This document shows, one piece after another, positions 60,883 to 64,000 of a stretch of 64,000 nucleotides of DNA. The notes under the pieces are model-generated. The model saw nothing but the letters and a program-made list of their open reading frames with translations, was not told the DNA's origin and ran no database searches. Within the stretch, counting starts at the first letter, position 1. Each line of letters starts with the position of its first letter. Position numbers and translations under genes: made by a program. Source of the DNA: Trichosphaerium sp. ATCC 40318 (lineage: Eukaryota > Protista > Tubulinea); contig JALMLS010000325.1 of assembly GCA_038496445.1 (NCBI GenBank), positions 12,436-76,435 on the forward strand, read 5' to 3'.

Positions 60883-61224
60883 GTAACTACTATCAAGTTT
60901 AAAGAGATACTAGCTGAACGTTATCCAAAACTATCCAAAATTTTTGAAACTGCACGTGTTATCGATTTATCGCACACAAATGTAACAGATGAGGGTTTAA
61001 AGGCACTGGCTGGTGTACATGAGATTTATTTAGAACGTACAGATGTAACAGATGAAGGTATAGCTTGTTTGGCAGGTGTACACAAGATTGATTTATCACA
61101 GACAAATGTAACAGATGAAGGTTTGAAGGCGTTGGTAGGTGTACATGAAATTTATGCTAAATTGTGTAACTGTATTACACAAAAGGGCATCGAGGTGTTA
61201 CATGGTGCATACAAAGAAATGTAG
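60883..61224 (+). CDS. Chimeric terminal exon: unrelated exon fused in frame to the last 4 LRRs
   Basis: After acceptor TTTTTAG the frame reads VTTIKFKEILAERYPKLSKIFET-ARVIDLSHTNVTDEGLK...GAYKEM*. Confidence 0.45.
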   Translation, partial: VTTIKFKEILAERYPKLSKIFETARVIDLSHTNVTDEGLKALAGVHEIYLERTDVTDEGIACLAGVHKIDLSQTNVTDEGLKALVGVHEIYAKLCNCITQKGIEVLHGAYKEM

Positions 61225-61605
61225 TAATAAAATACATTGTTTAAATTACTAGAGAAAATAACTGTAGCATATGTCTGTGTACTGCTGTCAGGTGTGCAAA
61301 AGCATTTTTGATGTACCTGTGGCTACACTTAAGACAGTTAGAAAAGCCAACCATTTTGCAAAAACAGATTCAGGTTTGAAGGCTTCGGCAGGTGTATATG
61401 AGATTTATCACATGTTTGAACGTGCACGTGCACATAAAATTTCTCTGCAAGCTTGTGCATCCATAAGAGATGACTGATGAAGAAAGCACAAGAGCCATGG
61501 CTAGACTATCTTATGATTACTCTAGGTGTACATAGACGTTCTTCCAAACAAATAGAATTTCGAATGAAAGCAATACTTTTTTTTTGGTTTTTTTTTGCTT
61601 TTTTT

Positions 61606-61875
61606 TTACATTCTTGGGCTTCCACCTTCGAATGCCATTTTTGCTAGATCTTTGTCATTGCTAGATATCGTTACGATATTTGATATGCCTGTAGGTGGGT
61701 AGCAGAGGTCTTCTACCTGTGGGTCCCAAGTCAGAGCGTAGGTGTAGTCTGGTTTGGTATTAACCAGGATGCTTTTAGGGACTGTGGCCGTGACTTTAAT
61801 CACTAATGTTCTGCCCAGTAGAGAATTGTATTTTTTACGAGCGTACTTTCGCACTGCTCGAATTAGTCTTGACAT
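61606..61875 (-). CDS. Small hypothetical protein, second copy
   Basis: Two amino-acid differences from 56253-56522. Confidence 0.45.
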   Translation of the reverse strand: MSRLIRAVRKYARKKYNSLLGRTLVIKVTATVPKSILVNTKPDYTYALTWDPQVEDLCYPPTGISNIVTISSNDKDLAKMAFEGGSPRM

Positions 61876-62723
61876 GTCAAGCATAAGTATAGATATTATA
61901 GTTGTAGTATTCGTATGCTCCACTAGATGAAAAAATACATTTTTCTTTTAACCAAGTATTCTTGTTGCAAAAAAATTGTGGTTTACCCACGGTTTTTGTA
62001 AAAACTGGTCCAATGTGTTGTACGTGTTAATCAAAGCATATCAAGGCGAAACAATAGTATATATAAAGATTTTGTTGTTGGGATTTAAGATGTGGAGTTA
62101 TGAAGTAAATCGAGAGTGGCTTTTTGAGAAACAAATGTGAAAAAAAGTGAAATTTTGAAAAGACTTAAATGCAAGTTACACTGGTTTCTATGTTACCGTG
62201 TGGTATACTTCTACGCGTATTTTGAGACTCTTCTATAGTTACAATGGATATTAAGCCAATACAAAAAAAACGTGATCGTACCGTTGCTCATTTTCTGTTG
62301 ACTTTTGCTCTCAAACAAGCTTAATTTGTTAAGATTTCCCTCCAGGACTCCTCAGAGTTTGGTGCACAGCTGTATCTAAGGCGTACCGCAATACGTATAG
62401 AACCTTTGTAAAAAAGTGTCGTTTGAGAATAGAATCGTATGAAAGGTATTAATCGTCACTACGTTGAGTCTTTGCAGGCTACTGTAAGTTTAAGGTGGCA
62501 GCCTGAAATCAAGAAAGTTTAAGACTTTCGAACAGAGATGTATTTTTGTTAGACACTATACCCGATCACGTGATTAATCTAAGACAGTAATGGGAAAAAA
62601 GGAATTGAAGTATAATCATCAAACATCGGGTCATTTCACAGAAACTGTTTAACGGCCCGAACCGGACTGATCTGGAAAGCAGCCTTATCTGTAAACTTAT
62701 ACTGCTAAAACAACACTTCTTCA

Positions 62724-63815
62724 ATGGCAACGAACGCGCACTGTAGAGATTCCTTTTCATCCTTAGAACCTACACACAAAGGCACCTACAGAGACCTACA
62801 GAGCATTCCTTCCGAGATACTGCGATATATTATGGATAAACACCACGAAGCATACGTAAAGATGCCTATGTTATCAAGAAAAATAGCTCTAACAAGGTTC
62901 GATGATCGTCTCGAAAAGCACGGCAAATGGGTGAAAAGAAAGCGTATTATTTTTGCACACCATCACCCAGAGGGTCATATTGTACAAGTACATTACTGGA
63001 TACATGGCGAATTAGCGCAATTTATCAAGTTTCTTTGGGTAGAATTTAACACCGAGTCCTTGTGCAGGCTACCAACTGAGAAGCTACATTGGGTAAATTT
63101 CGAACAACAAGAAAAAGTACATATCGCGTGGTACAGCACTGGTCCCATAAGGAACCTAAGTTTGTCAGATAATAATATACTGCAAGGAGAGTTTAGAAGG
63201 ATGTACAAGTGTCACTATGTGAAGGGTAAACGTGAAGGAGAGTATAACAAATGGTATGAAAACAATATCTTGATGAAACAATATTACTACGTGAATGGTA
63301 AACGACATGGAAAGTGCAAGCAATGGTATGATAATAGTATATTGAAATTAGACGCTACCTACAAACAGGGGAACAAAGAGGGAAAGTATAGGAGTTTCCA
63401 TTCAAATGGTCAAGTTAAAGTGGAGTGTAACTATGCAAAAGGCAATAGACATGGAAAGTACAGAGCGTTTAATAAGTCAGGAAGTTTAAGGAGTGAACGA
63501 AAATATGTCAATGGCAAAATCAAAGGTGCATATAGAACCTGGTACAGTAATGGTAAGATGAAACTACTAGCCATCTATGTCAATGGTAGAAAAGAAGGGT
63601 TGTTCCAGACATGGTACAGAGATGGAAAAATAGATACGCAATGCTATTACAGCCACAATGAACTTCATGGAGAGTATAAAGAGTATTACGATAATGGTCA
63701 ATTGAAACTTGAATGCCAGTTTGTCAATGGTACACTCAAAGGAAGATACAAGGAGTGGTCCGTAGAAGGAAGATTGAGTGGAGAACGAGTTTTAAGTCCT
63801 ACCCAACAGAATTAG
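62724..63815 (+). CDS. F-box-like + MORN-variant repeat protein (363 aa), second copy
   Basis: Paralog of 54306-55403. Confidence 0.85.
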   Translation: MATNAHCRDSFSSLEPTHKGTYRDLQSIPSEILRYIMDKHHEAYVKMPMLSRKIALTRFDDRLEKHGKWVKRKRIIFAHHHPEGHIVQVHYWIHGELAQFIKFLWVEFNTESLCRLPTEKLHWVNFEQQEKVHIAWYSTGPIRNLSLSDNNILQGEFRRMYKCHYVKGKREGEYNKWYENNILMKQYYYVNGKRHGKCKQWYDNSILKLDATYKQGNKEGKYRSFHSNGQVKVECNYAKGNRHGKYRAFNKSGSLRSERKYVNGKIKGAYRTWYSNGKMKLLAIYVNGRKEGLFQTWYRDGKIDTQCYYSHNELHGEYKEYYDNGQLKLECQFVNGTLKGRYKEWSVEGRLSGERVLSPTQQN

Positions 63816-64000
63816 AATAATACTTAGGCCTCCGCAATGGTCGATTAAAACTTGAATGCCAATATGTCAATGATAGAGTCAAAGGAGGATGCAAAGAGTG
63901 GTCAGTAGGCGGAAGATTGTGTAGACAATAGAATACAAGCGCTTTCCCGTGATCTTCATGCTGTCTGGTTTTACACGTTTGGCAACCGTTTGCATACTGC

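Larger units (their letters stand above)
60951..64000. repeat. Right arm of the inverted duplication (runs to window end)
   Basis: Reverse complement of 54122-57176. Confidence 0.95.

Noticed and set aside
15205-64000. Integrated giant virus, Polinton or virophage
   Set aside because: No capsid, packaging ATPase, PolB, primase or integrase genes; virus-like families are interspersed with spliced host genes.
1-64000. Alternative genetic code; tRNA or rRNA genes
   Set aside because: Conserved genes translate cleanly in the standard code once introns are removed, and all three stops are used. No tRNA or rRNA motifs were noticed by eye.

Overview
AT-rich, intron-dense eukaryotic (protist-like) genomic window in the standard genetic code. 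Introns are short (~35-150 nt), with GTACGT/GTAAGT-type donors and CTAAC branch points. Recognisable spliced genes: BPL_N/GATase-like protein, SF3B3, a TPR protein, a theta-like GST, a METTL21-type methyltransferase, SARAF, a LIM protein, two tandem divergent PARG genes and an NDR/Dbf2 kinase. These are interleaved with a fast-evolving, mostly intron-poor accessory set: F-box+LRR genes (4 intact plus several relics), F-box-like+MORN-variant genes (3 intact plus relics), an F-box/pseudo-GTPase, a phage-type nucleotidyltransferase-like/F-box fusion, a DUF5662-like gene and a bacterial-type repeat protein. Non-coding highlights: (1) a ~230-nt structured RNA candidate at 35743-35972 with the layout of a Pol III telomerase RNA (upstream USE-like motif, 5'/3' closing helix, CAAAACCCAA template, possible pseudoknot, long stem, T5 terminator); (2) three TIR-bounded non-autonomous DNA elements; (3) a >=3 kb inverted duplication at the right end. 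Gene models and family names were derived by eye from motifs, with no database searches; several 5' ends are approximate.
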